A stretch of 64,000 nt of DNA from Eledone cirrhosa (taxonomy: Eukaryota). Where the stretch lies: the NCBI GenBank assembly GCA_964016885.1, contig OZ024743.1:257734001-257798000 (forward strand), written 5' to 3'. Made by a program: the position numbers and the translations under genes. Shown here in pieces: positions 42,940 to 57,562 of the stretch. The notes under the pieces were generated by a model. The model had not been told where the DNA came from. It saw only the letters and a list, made by a program, of their open reading frames with translations, and ran no database searches. Position 1 is the stretch's first letter, and every line of letters begins with the position of its first letter.

Positions 42940-45900
42940 TCAGGATTTGGGCACCATGGCCCATTCGAGAAGAGAATTACTGTTTGCGGAGACATATCCG
43001 GGTGTGGGTGGTTTGTCCGGGATTACTTGGAGGAATTTGTCCAAAGACTTCTTGAATTTTGTGTGGTCAGTTTCTGTTTTGACGTGTCCTGGTGTGATGT
43101 TGAAGAGAGCAGGGCCGATTGAGGTGAAATAATTGTGCCGTATTGTTGTTATGAGTTGCGATTTAGATTTTTGAATGGGACGGATAGCACGGGGCCCAAG
43201 CCTTGGGTGTATCTTGAAGGCGATGCCAACATCATTTGGGCAGTGATGATGGAACATTTTCCACATCATGCAGATAATATAACGCTCACGGCGACGTTGG
43301 AGTGAGTAAAGTTTCAGGTTTTCTAATCGACCCCAGTAGTCAAGGTCTGACATGCCATCTATCTTTTTCGTGATTGCCCTTTGAGGAGCTTCAAGTTTCA
43401 TGATACTTTGTTTCGTGTGGGGAGACCACAGTGGACAACAGTATTCAAGGTGTGGTCGGGTAAAAGTAGAGAAGAGAAGGATAATGGTGCGGGAATCTCT
43501 CGACTGGAAGGTTCTGAGGATCCAGGAACACATTCTGCGGGCCATGTCAACTTTGCTGCTTATATGCGTGGTCCAGCTTATGTTGCTGTCCACGGTTACT
43601 CCCAAGTCTCTGATGTTGTTAGATGCCACGAGAGTTTCCCCGGAGGGAAGGGAGTACGGGAGTTTCAGAGTATCCTCTTTTCCAAAGTGGATCAGTTCGA
43701 ATTTGTCTTCGTTCAGTAACATGTTGTTCTTTTCTGCCCATTGGGTAACAGCCAGTAGGTCTGACTGAAGGCTTATCCGGTCATCCACGCCATTGATGAC
43801 CTTTTGGAGCTTGGAATCATCAGCGAAAATTTTAATGTTGCTGTGTTTCATGATGTCAGTGATGTCATTAATATAGATGATGAAGAGAAGTGGGCCCAAC
43901 ACAGTGCCTTGTGGGACCCCACTACTGACTTTGGCTGGGCTTGATTTGACTCCCTCAACTACAACATGTTGGGTTCTGTTTGACAGGAAGATCTTGATCC
44001 ACTGCAGCAGCTTTCCAGTGACACCAATATTGGACAGCTTTCTCAGTAGAATGTTATGATCAACCCTGTCAAAGGCCTTGCTGAAATCAAGGTAGATAAC
44101 ATCAGTGTTGGAACCCTCTCCCAAGGCTCTCAAAATGTCATCAAAGTGATGCAGTAGCTGCGTCAGGCAATCCCTTCCATTACAGAATCCATGCTGGTTG
44201 GAGTTCAGCATATTGTTACTCTCAAGGAAGTGGGTCATTCGCGATCTCACCACTCTCTCAAATACCTTAATGATATGAGAGGTGAGTGAGATTGGACGGT
44301 AATTCACGGCAAGGGATTTGTTTCCCTTTTTGAAAACTGGGACAACAGACTGGGATAGAAGGTTTTCTGGCACATATCCAGCATCCAGTGAGTTCCGCCA
44401 CAGATTGGCAAGAGGAGATGCAAGTTGGTGTTGACACGCCCTCAAGACACAAGCAGGGAACCTATCGGGACCTACTGCTGAATTATGCTTGATTTCCTTT
44501 ATTGCCGCCAAGACATCAGGGGCGCCAAACGTTATGTCCGATAAGGTGTAATGGGGAGTAACATCGCCGATACAGCCCAGATCGGCCATATCAGGATTGC
44601 TGAAAACAGAGCAGTATTGTTTCTGCAGTATCTCACCCATGGTTTTAGCATTGTCTTGAAGAGTGCCATTTTCATCAATTAGAGGGCCAACAGTAGAGCC
44701 AGTGATTTTGTGTTTTTTTGCAAATGAAAAGAACACTTTGGGATTGAGTTTGATCTTCTCAATGGCCCAGGCCTCTTCAGCTCTTCTCTGATTTTTGATG
44801 AGGGACATTATGTTATTTTGGAGGTTATGTTTTTTAATCTCTAGTGATGAAATGGCAGTCAAGTTGATGTGTTGCTGCTGACAGTATTTCAGCTTGTTGA
44901 TTTTTTTGTTCGTTCTCTTAATTTTTCTGATGAGCGTTTTTCTATTTCTAGGGATTCTGCTCTTAGATTTGTTTTTAGTTCTTAATGGGGTGTGTTTAGC
45001 ACATATGTTTGTAACAGTGTCCACAAATGTCTGCCAGGACTTTTTGATGTTGGTGGGTGTATGAGTGTGCGTGAAGGACCAGTCGACATGTGCAAGATCA
45101 TGACTGATCGCTTCCCAGTTTGCATTGTGGAAATCCATAGCGTCAAACGGATGGACAGGAGAGATGACATTGGGTTTGTATATTGGACGGTGGAATCTCA
45201 GATCACAGAGAACCATGTCATGATCAGAGAGTAGAGTTTTCTCCACTGCAATATTGTGGATATTGTCAGTGTGATTGCTGAAAATTAAGTCTAGGACGTT
45301 TTTGTGGCACCTGGTTGGTTCGAGCACCAATTGGGATAGGAAGAAATCATCCATGAAGTCAAGAAGCGATTCCACAGCTTCCCTGTCAGAGGTTGAGGCA
45401 GAAGAACCTGGTGGCAGGCTGTTTGTAGACCAGTCAACTCCGGGGAGGTTGAAGTCCCCCATCATTAAGATGTTGTCAGGGTGACACTCTTGGATGAAAC
45501 ACTTTATGCTGTTGAGGCATTCCTTGAAGCATGGTACAGGCGTTTGGGGTGGCCTATAGAGCCCAACTACTAATAGGTTGTTGGTTTGACTGAATACAGT
45601 GACTGCTTCACAGTATCCATTAGTGAATATGTTCATAGCCTCTGTTGAGAAAGAATTATGGACATAAATGGCAGTTCCGCCCTTTCTTCTGCCAGCGCGA
45701 TCAGCACGGATGGCTTTGAAATTTTTCACTTTCACCTCGGCTTCCAAGTGGAGGTTACTGAGATGGGTTTCAGTGAGGACGAAGAAAGGGATGTGGTTTG
45801 GATGGACATCAATCCAGTCCTCCAGGAATTTGATCTTCCATTTTTGAGTATTGGTGGAAGGGCTGATGCCTTGGGCGTTAAGCAAAAATGTAGAGGCGAG

Positions 45901-45960
45901 AGTGGATGGTTTTAATTGTTTTGGTGTGTTGTTAATTTGTTTGTTTGTTAATGGCAGCAA
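42940..45960 (-). CDS. LINE ORF2: AP endonuclease + reverse transcriptase (1006 aa, intact)
   Basis: [50 protein letters not shown]. Confidence 0.93.
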   Translation of the reverse strand: MLPLTNKQINNTPKQLKPSTLASTFLLNAQGISPSTNTQKWKIKFLEDWIDVHPNHIPFFVLTETHLSNLHLEAEVKVKNFKAIRADRAGRRKGGTAIYVHNSFSTEAMNIFTNGYCEAVTVFSQTNNLLVVGLYRPPQTPVPCFKECLNSIKCFIQECHPDNILMMGDFNLPGVDWSTNSLPPGSSASTSDREAVESLLDFMDDFFLSQLVLEPTRCHKNVLDLIFSNHTDNIHNIAVEKTLLSDHDMVLCDLRFHRPIYKPNVISPVHPFDAMDFHNANWEAISHDLAHVDWSFTHTHTPTNIKKSWQTFVDTVTNICAKHTPLRTKNKSKSRIPRNRKTLIRKIKRTNKKINKLKYCQQQHINLTAISSLEIKKHNLQNNIMSLIKNQRRAEEAWAIEKIKLNPKVFFSFAKKHKITGSTVGPLIDENGTLQDNAKTMGEILQKQYCSVFSNPDMADLGCIGDVTPHYTLSDITFGAPDVLAAIKEIKHNSAVGPDRFPACVLRACQHQLASPLANLWRNSLDAGYVPENLLSQSVVPVFKKGNKSLAVNYRPISLTSHIIKVFERVVRSRMTHFLESNNMLNSNQHGFCNGRDCLTQLLHHFDDILRALGEGSNTDVIYLDFSKAFDRVDHNILLRKLSNIGVTGKLLQWIKIFLSNRTQHVVVEGVKSSPAKVSSGVPQGTVLGPLLFIIYINDITDIMKHSNIKIFADDSKLQKVINGVDDRISLQSDLLAVTQWAEKNNMLLNEDKFELIHFGKEDTLKLPYSLPSGETLVASNNIRDLGVTVDSNISWTTHISSKVDMARRMCSWILRTFQSRDSRTIILLFSTFTRPHLEYCCPLWSPHTKQSIMKLEAPQRAITKKIDGMSDLDYWGRLENLKLYSLQRRRERYIICMMWKMFHHHCPNDVGIAFKIHPRLGPRAIRPIQKSKSQLITTIRHNYFTSIGPALFNITPGHVKTETDHTKFKKSLDKFLQVIPDKPPTPGYVSANSNSLLEWAMVPKS

Positions 45961-46705
45961 TGGGAGTTTGTGCAGTGGGGTGACAGTGGAGGGTGGTGCT
46001 GGGTGATAGCTCGAATGTTTTTTTCCAGTTCTTTTGCCAGATTCATTATGGCTAAAAAAGAGGAAGAAGTTTCCTGTTTAGAAGACTGTTGGTGACTGTG
46101 GTAGTGGTTATTTTTATGTAGGTTATGGTTTTTGTTTTTGCTTTTATTTTTATTTTCATTTGTCCGACGGGTCCCCGGGAGATGGGTAAAGGGACAATCC
46201 CGGTCTAAACACAATCTGTCTCGCAGGGAAAAGCGGCAGATTTGTGGATTTCTTGTTTGAGTTATTGGTGGTTGTGTTGGTGTTAAATTAGAGTATGTAT
46301 TATGGTGGTGGCTGTTTGTGGGGATAGATCGTTTTGTCCTAGGTAAATGGGTGAATTTGCAGCCACTATCCGTACATATTCTATAGCGTAGAGAGTAGCG
46401 GCAAATGATGGGGTTTCGAGTGGGTGGGTATGTGGGTGTGTGTGTTGTGAGAGGTGTAGATGATGGTTTGGGTAGGATTTGACGACCTTTGTGGACTGTG
46501 GGAGGGAGAGTTCTTGTTCTGGTATTAGAAGGTAAATTCCTTGACATAGCAGTAGACAAAAATGTTGTAGTAGTAGTAGTAGTAGTAGGCAGAGATGTTG
46601 GCAGTGGTGATGATTGGACTGCTGGGCCAGAGAAAGGATGTGGCGTTTCATGCTGTGAGACAGAGGCTACTGGGGGTCAATAGTTTCATTTAGTAGATCG
46701 GCCAT
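45948..46705 (-). CDS. LINE ORF1 with two CCCH-type fingers; one frameshift at ~46672-46676
   Basis: [20 protein letters not shown] and [20 protein letters not shown]; one extra C in the C5 run would join [10 protein letters not shown] to the finger frame. Confidence 0.65.
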
Positions 46706-46910
46706 TGTTGATGAATCAAGGAGTGGTTCACACTGTTGTTGTCGTTGTTGTTGTTGTTGCTGTTGTTGATGTTGTTGTTGTAGCTGTTGTTGTTGTTGCC
46801 GTTGTAGCTGCTGTTGTTGTTGTTGCTGGACAGCATTCGAAGAAAAAACACACCGTAGTTTATCCAAATGTTTATTGATTAATATATCCAAATGTTTATT
46901 GATTAATATA

Positions 46911-48344
<1,434 letters not shown>

Positions 48345-48423
48345 TGATGGCTGCCCCCTCGTTATCGAGTATGGCCATTGCACAAGAAAAAAAAGAAATA
48401 ATAATAATAAATAAATAAAAAAA

Positions 48424-48454
<31 letters not shown>

Positions 48455-48627
48455 CATACATATATACATACACACATACATACACATACACTCACACATA
48501 TATACACATACATTAATAACAATAATAATAATAATAATAATAATAATAGCAATAATAATAATAACGACAACAACGATAATAATATACATATTCATATATA
48601 TATACACACACACGCACGCACATAAGC

Positions 48628-48707
<80 letters not shown>

Positions 48708-51700
48708 TAGCAACTAACAGTGCTGCGATCGAATGTGGCTTTTTAGCCCAGCCAATGATCTAAAATGTCTTGCACAGAGTCGGCAACCAAAACATTCACT
48801 GGGAATAGTCGGCTGTGGTTGGAGTTCGTGTACTTTTGCATGTCGCTTGAGCCCTCCTGCTGATTTACATTCTCTACCACATGTTTGGCAAGCATGATGA
48901 GTAGCATCTCCAACACAAGCCTGGTAGTCAATCACTGGTCTTACTTTATGACTGCGAAGATGACTTTCGAGTCCAGCTTTGCTTAGGCAGAGTCTAGCAC
49001 AGACGCTGCATGTCAGAACCATAGGAGGACCCTCGCCGTCTGGAAGTGCAACAGCAATGCCCTTCCTCACGTCCCGCTTTACTTTCTCGTGTGCGATTCG
49101 AGATGCCTCAAAGGCAACTTTTCCCTCATATACAGTCTTTCTCCATTTATTACGATCAGTAGCAATATTTTCCCATGTATCAGCAGAGATGTTAGAGTCT
49201 TTCAGAGAGGCTTTCAAGGAATCCTTATACCTCTCTTTTGGTTTATGTTGCGGTCGTTTTCCTTTAACCAACTCTCCATAGAAGAGTTGTTTAGGTATTC
49301 TAGAATCATTCATCCTGGCAAGGTGGCCACTCCAACGGAGTCGTTGCTTAAGCACAAGAGCTTCTATACTGTCACACATAGAGCTTTCCAAAATCTCGAC
49401 ATCACTGATGTGGTCCCTCCAGTGAACGCCATGGATCCGTCTGAGACACATCTGATGGAAACGCTCCAATTGCTTAAGGTGGCGTCGATATGTGACCCAG
49501 GTCTCGCAGGCATAAAGAAGACAAGAGAGTACACATGCCCTGTACACCTTTACCTTTGTCCTCCTGCATATGTCTCGCCGACCCCAGAGTCGCCTGTCTA
49601 GCTTTCCGAAAGCATCACTTGCTTTCCTAATCCTAAGTGAGATTTCACTGTCAAGGTTGCCGTATCGATTGAGAGTGCTTCCCAGGTAGACAAACTGATC
49701 AACCACTCCAAGTCGTTTGCCATACACATAGATGTTTGGTTCAGTGTACTGCTTACTAGGGGCAGGTTGGTACATGACAACGGTTTTCTTGAGACTGACA
49801 GTCAAACCCAGGGCAGTGCAAGCGTCAGAAAATACATTCAAAATGTGCTGCATATCACTCTCTGTGTGCGCTACAAGATCGCAATCATCTGCATACAAGA
49901 GGTCTCTTATGACTGATGTAAATACTTTTGTCTTCGCAGCAAAGCGCCTGATGTTAAATATGCTGCCTGAGGTTCGATATCGGATGTAAACACCATGCTC
50001 GCAATTCCTGAATGCAATACAGAAAACCATTGCAAAGTATATGGCAAACAGGGTCGGTGCTGGAATATCCCCCTGTTTCACTCCATTTTTTACTGAGATA
50101 GGCTCCGACATGTTACCTCCGACATTAACCCAAGCCTTCATGTCGTCATGGAAAGACCTAACTAAAGCAAGGAACTTATCAGGGCAACCATGTTTCTGGA
50201 GAACCTTCCATAATGCATCTCTGTTGACAGTATCGAAAGCCTTTGTCAGATCGACAAAAACCTGATACAGATCCAAGCCCTGTTCAATGCACTTCTCCTG
50301 GAGCTGTCTAGCTGAGAAGATCATATCAGTAGTGCCGCGTCCAGCACGAAAACCAGATTGACTTTCAGGAAGGACACAATCTGCAATGTGTGTCAGCAGA
50401 TGGTCCAGAAGCACCCTACATAAAACTTTACTTACGACAGAAAGCAATGATATACCTCTGTAGTTCCCACAATCATTCCTGTTACACTTCCCCTTGTACA
50501 AGACCACCATTACTGCATCTCTCCAGTCCTCAGGCACGGATTCATTAGCCCATATCCTTCCAAACAGAGAGTGAAGATGTTGCAGGAGTCTCTCACCACC
50601 ATATTGTAGGAGCTCAGCATGTATGCCATCCATACCTGTAGATCTTCCACTGTTCAGCTTGGAAATAGCCACTGCAACCTCCACAAGCGTCGGAGGTTCT
50701 GCGAGAGCTACTTTCACAGGACTTTCCGGAATGAGATTGAGGAAATCTTCACTGGCCACAGACGGCTGATTCAAAAGATCATCAAAGTGCTCTCGCCACC
50801 TTCGTAGAATTCCCTGTGAGTCACGAAGAAGTTCTTTGCCATCCTTGCTGCGAATCGGTGTCACCAGAGAAGAAGACGGTCCATAAACCTCACGCAAGAG
50901 ACTGTACAACAGCTTTGTGTTATTGCAATCAGACGCAGTTTGTATCTCACCAGCCTTCTCACTCCACCACTGATCCTTCATCTGAGAAAGACTCCGCCTA
51001 ACACGTGATTTTACATCCCTGAGCTCCTTATGCAACGTATTCCTCTACCGGGGTTTTGCCGTCAAGTAGCGTGACAGAGCACGCCTCTTATCAGCCAACA
51101 AGTCTTCTATATGTACATCATTCTCATTAAACCAGTCCTGATGTTTTCTCTGCACCAATCCCAGAACACGTCTGCCTACATCATAAACCGACTTTTTAAG
51201 GGTCGGCCAATCCTCACCAAGATCTGCAGCCTGCATCTCTTCTTCCAATGTTCTCTTCACATGTTTATCCTTAAGACGAGCAGCATTCAATCTTTTGGGC
51301 AGGGTAACACCAGGAGCCCGGATTTTACGTTTGGTGATTAGATTCACTTTTGCGCGTACCAGGCGGTGGTCCGTCCAGCACTCAGCTCCACGAAGAACAC
51401 AAACACACTGCACATCCTGTCTGTCACGCATTCTGACTAGGACGTAGTCCAAAAGATGCCATTCCTTAGATGCAGGATGCATCCATGTGGTCTTGAATTT
51501 GTTCTTTTGTTGGAACATGTTGTTGGTAACACACAGATCCAGCTCCTCACACATCTGCAGCAAGAGCATACCATTGCTGTTACACTTTCCCACCCCATGC
51601 CTTCCGATTACATTCCATGTGTTAAAATCCCTACCCACTCTAGCATTAAAGTCACCAAGCACGATGACTTTGTCTGCCTGAGGGATATTTCTTAGAACAC

Positions 51701-52266
51701 CTTTCAAGGCATGGTAAAAGGACAGTTTTTCTTCATCGACAGAATTCATAGTTGGAGCATACACACTCACCAGGGTAGCATATCTTCCCTTGTCCAGCGG
51801 AACTCTCATGGACATAAGACGCTCACTAATCCCTACTGGGAACTCTTCCAATTTATTCACCAGCACAGTCTTAACAGCAAATCCTACCCCAGCATCTCTT
51901 CTGGTTCCTTCATCTCTTCCTTTCCAGAAGAATGTATATTCTCCACAAAATTCCGTAAGATGACCATCTCCAGCTAATCTCGTCTCAGATAAAGCCACGA
52001 TGTCAAGATCGTAACGTCGAAGCTCCTTTGCAACAAGAGCGGTCCTTCGTTCAGGACGCTCCAAAGAATCCCTGTCAAGCAGCGTCCGTACGTTCCAGCA
52101 GCCAAGACTAGATGCCCTGTTTGGCTCTATTACAATGGCACGATGACGGGCGGGCCCAGGTTGTGATAACTTGGGACCCCTGCCCTTATTGCCAATGATC
52201 TTTTTTGTTCCAGAACCCAAATTGGCAATTATCTCGTTTACATTGTTCTGGAACATCATTGAATTG
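48345..52266 (-). mobile_element. Near full-length RTE (BovB-like) LINE
   Basis: Single APE-RT frame; 3' UTR interrupted by (CA)n and (TAA)n; terminal motif TGGCCATACTCG..AACGAG..GGCAGCCA.CA at 48345-48385. Confidence 0.9.
48714..52250 (-). pseudogene. RTE ORF (APE + RT + three C2H2-type fingers) with one in-frame TAG at 51045-51047
   Basis: ORFs 51045-52295 and 48714-51035 are in the same frame; WNVRTL, LSETR, GDFNARVG, TDHRL, LYADD, CxxC...HxxxH repeats. Confidence 0.9.
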
Positions 52267-52440
52267 GTAAAAAAAAAAAAAAAAAGTAATAACAATAGTA
52301 ATAATAATAATAATAATAATAATAGTACACTATCAATAATTATTAATGCACTCGTGCAATGCCTGTGCGTGACGAATATTTTTAAAGTGAGGACAGACTG
52401 TGCACTGAGCCAATCCCACTCTCTGAGAGACAGTAGCTAT

Positions 52441-52522
52441 AACATACATATATATATATATATACATACATATATATATACATACATATATATATAGATA
52501 CATATATATATATATACATACA

Positions 52523-52560
<38 letters not shown>

Positions 52561-52577
52561 CATATATATATCTATAC

Positions 52578-52610
<33 letters not shown>

Positions 52611-52627
52611 CATGTATATATATATAC

Positions 52628-52722
<95 letters not shown>

Positions 52723-52737
52723 TATATACATATACAC

Positions 52738-52768
<31 letters not shown>

Positions 52769-52829
52769 CATATGTATATACATATATATATATATATACA
52801 TATATATATACATATACATATATATATAC

Positions 52830-52894
<65 letters not shown>

Positions 52895-52974
52895 TATACA
52901 TATATATACATATATATATATATATACATATATATACATATATATATATATATACATATATATACATATATATA

Positions 52975-53008
<34 letters not shown>

Positions 53009-53173
53009 CATATATATATACATATATATATATATACATATATATATACATACATATATATATACATACATATATATATACATATATATATATATACATA
53101 TATATATACATATATATATATATATACATACATATATACATATATATACATGTATATATACATTTATATATAC

Positions 53174-53204
<31 letters not shown>

Positions 53205-53237
53205 CATATATATATACATATATATACATATATATAT

Positions 53238-53271
<34 letters not shown>

Positions 53272-53437
53272 CATATATATACATATATATATACATATAT
53301 ATACATATATACATATATATATACATATATATACATATATATACATATATATATACATATATATACATATATATACATACATACATATATACATACATAC
53401 ATATATATACATACATATATACATACATACATATATA
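52441..53437. repeat. Imperfect (TA)n tract
   Basis: Direct reading. Confidence 0.95.
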
Positions 53438-53578
53438 TGTCACAAGTGTAGTGTTTGTACCAGAGTTTTAAAGTCGCTGGCTGGACTAAAAAGTCACACT
53501 TGTTCAGTGCATCGGTAGGGGTTCTCCTACATGGATATAAAGTAGTGGCCGTACTCGAAAACAAGTTGGCAGCCACCA
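53438..53578 (+). mobile_element. Short RTE 3' end (last zinc finger + 3' UTR)
   Basis: [19 protein letters not shown] resembles the last finger of the 48714 ORF; similar to 54157-54296. Confidence 0.8.
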
Positions 53579-53688
53579 TATATGTATGTATGTAAATATA
53601 TGTATATGTATATATATATGTATATATATATGTATGTATGTATGTATATATGTATGTATTTATTTATGTATATATTTATGTATGTATG

Positions 53689-54296
53689 TCAGCTCACCAG
53701 TTGGTGCTACTGGTAACATGTATGCCAGTACAACCTGTCTCATGGTTGGGTCTTTGGCGACTAAACTGGCAACCCCACCAAGGCTTCTTGGTGAGGAGGG
53801 TGACTTTGGACATCCTGCAGGACTAAAAACAAAACCTGTCAAAGGGTAGAGGAGCTCTTAAGAGTCAATGGCCATCCAAAATCACGGGGAGAGATGACCC
53901 CTTAGCCTTTGTCAAGGCAGAATTCTAGGAGAAGGAAAACTCTGATATAATACCTGCAACTCTGATGGTATCCAATTATGTTGACTTGTTCTTCTTTTTG
54001 GTAAATATCATCTTGGTTAAGAGAGTGGGACTGGCTTTGTGCAGTGCCTTTGCTCACTACAAAAGCTTCACGGCACAGGCATTGCTTTATATCTGGAGAT
54101 CTCTCTGCACTTGTCTTCACATGGTACCATGGGCCCAGCACTATGAGTCAATAATTGTCACAAGTGTAATGTTTGTACCAGAGTTTCCAAGTCGCTGGCT
54201 GGACTAAAAAGTCACACTCTTTCAGCGCATCGGTAGGAGTTCTCCTACATGGATATAAAGTAGTGGCCATACTCGAAAACGAGTTGGCAGCCACCA
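53689..54296 (+). mobile_element. Short non-autonomous RTE derivative (5' UTR-like head + 3' end)
   Basis: Structured head, no RT, ends with the same RTE 3' terminus as 53438-53578. Confidence 0.6.
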
Positions 54297-54301
54297 TATA
54301 C

Positions 54302-54338
<37 letters not shown>

Positions 54339-54410
54339 CATATATATACATAAATATACATATATATATACATATATATATACATATATATGCATATATG
54401 TATATATATG

Positions 54411-54441
<31 letters not shown>

Positions 54442-54477
54442 CTATATATATATATGTACATATATATATATATGTAC

Positions 54478-54555
<78 letters not shown>

Positions 54556-54556
54556 T

Positions 54557-54594
<38 letters not shown>

Positions 54595-54751
54595 GATATA
54601 TATATATACATATATATATAGGATATGTGTTCCTTCACGCACAAGGCGCTAAGGTACGCATGTATTGTCCAACCAAATGCCAGTGTGGTTCAATGGCAGG
54701 TTAATAAATTAACGAGCCAGAACAAATATAAATATTCTTTGAATGAAAAGA

Positions 54752-54835
54752 ACCTTCTGACGAGAATCTTTCTTTGCAACGAAGGCCGTATGGTCTCCGT
54801 TTTATTTTTGGGATTCGAAACCGATCGATAAAGGT
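54752..54835 (+). ncRNA. Type I HHR in a ~290-bp orphan insert (54620-54907)
   Basis: ACCTT-CTGACGA-GAATCT...GGATTC-GAAAC-CGATCG-ATA-AAGGT. Confidence 0.75.
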
Positions 54836-54907
54836 AACTATAGTAGGTAAAGTCAATTTTTTAAAATTTATTTTGAAACTTTTTCATTATTTGCTAAACC
54901 TTGTTTA

Positions 54908-55733
<826 letters not shown>

Positions 55734-55736
<3 letters not shown>

Positions 55737-56173
55737 AAGAATTAGTATATCTACCCACATATATATACAGATGTATACCTATGCTAGCAAATATATAGGT
55801 TTTGTCTTAGTAACTTTGTGGTTCAATGCAAGGGGATGCAGAAAAATTATATGAAAGACGTAAAATAAGAAAATTATAAAAATTTACTTACTTACTAAAA
55901 TTTCACTCCAACTAATTAGTTTCTGAAAGGGAATAAACATGGTTTTCGATTGGAACAACATGGAGAAATATCCTTTCGTCATCAGGGAGATCTGTTCTCA
56001 GCTAAGTTCCCAGGCAAAGCGTGGACCCAGGGAACTTATACAAAATGATGACGAAAGGATATTTCTCCATGTTGTTCAAATCGGAAACCATGTTTATTTC
56101 CTTTCAGAAACTAATTAGTTGGAGTGAAATTTTACTAAGTAAGTAAATTTTTATAATTTTCTTATTTTACGTC

Positions 56174-56180
<7 letters not shown>
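55734..56180. mobile_element. Third family A insertion: minus arm 55734-56045, plus arm 56046-56180
   Basis: Homologous to 3446-4491; HHR ~55906-55989 (-) and a 5'-clipped HHR from 56046 (+). Confidence 0.8.
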
Positions 56181-56215
<35 letters not shown>

Positions 56216-56216
56216 G

Positions 56217-56248
<32 letters not shown>

Positions 56249-56251
56249 CAC

Positions 56252-56282
<31 letters not shown>

Positions 56283-56299
56283 CAGACATATATATATAC

Positions 56300-56332
<33 letters not shown>

Positions 56333-56587
56333 CATATATATATATACACACATATATATATACATATATATATATATACATATATATATATACATATACA
56401 TATACATATATATATATACATATATATATATACATATATATATACATATACATATATATACATATATATATATACATATACATATATATACATATATATA
56501 CATATACATATATACATATATATATATACATTATATATACATATACACATAATATATATACATATACACATATACATATATAATACA

Positions 56588-56619
<32 letters not shown>

Positions 56620-57148
56620 CATATACATATATATACATATATATACATATACATATATACATATATATTACATATATATATACATATACACATATATATA
56701 TATACATATACACATATACATATATATACATATATATATATATATATCATATATATATATACATATAATACATATATAGTATATACATATAATACGTGTA
56801 TGTACATATACATATATATGCATGTATGTACATATATATACATGTATGTACATATACATATATATACATGTATGTACATATATATATACATGTATGTACA
56901 TATACATATATATACATGTATGTACATATACATATATATACATGTATGTACATATACATATATATACATATATATACATGTATGTGCATATACATATATA
57001 TACATGTATGTGCATATACATATATATACATGTATGTGCATATACATATATATACATATATGTGCATATACATATATATACATATATGTGCATATACATA
57101 TATATACATATATGTACATATACATATATATACATATATGTACATATA

Positions 57149-57410
57149 CATCATCATCATCATCATCATCATCATCAGGTTTAGCGTCCGTGTTCCACGC
57201 TTGCATGGGTTTGGACGGGGGTTTTCCCACTTGAGGCAAGAGTGGTTGTCTTGCTCGCATAGGACTGTCTGGCGGGTTTTCTACAGTTGGATGCCCTTCC
57301 TAACACCAACCACATTTACAGTGTGGGGCTGGGAGGTTTTTACCGTGTTGCCTACACGGCCACATTTACAGCGTGGACTGTGTGTTTTTTGTCGTGACAC
57401 CTACACGATC
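57149..57410 (-). mobile_element. RTE 3' UTR fragment with (GAT)n tail
   Basis: Reverse complement of ~22715-22960. Confidence 0.85.
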
Positions 57411-57562
57411 ATATATACATATATGTACATATACATATATGTACATATATGTACATATACATATATATACATATATGTATATATACATATATATACATAT
57501 ATGTACATATACATATATATACATATATGTACATATACATATATATGAAATATATGAAATAT

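Larger units (their letters stand above)
42851..46910 (-). mobile_element. Apparently full-length CR1-group LINE
   Basis: 5' UTR with CAA/CAG repeats, ORF1, ORF2, short 3' UTR ending (TTCAAAGTTA)x2. Confidence 0.9.

Noticed and set aside
46735-46830. Poly-Q host exon
   Set aside because: CAA/CAG repeat in the LINE 5' region; the frame stops soon after.
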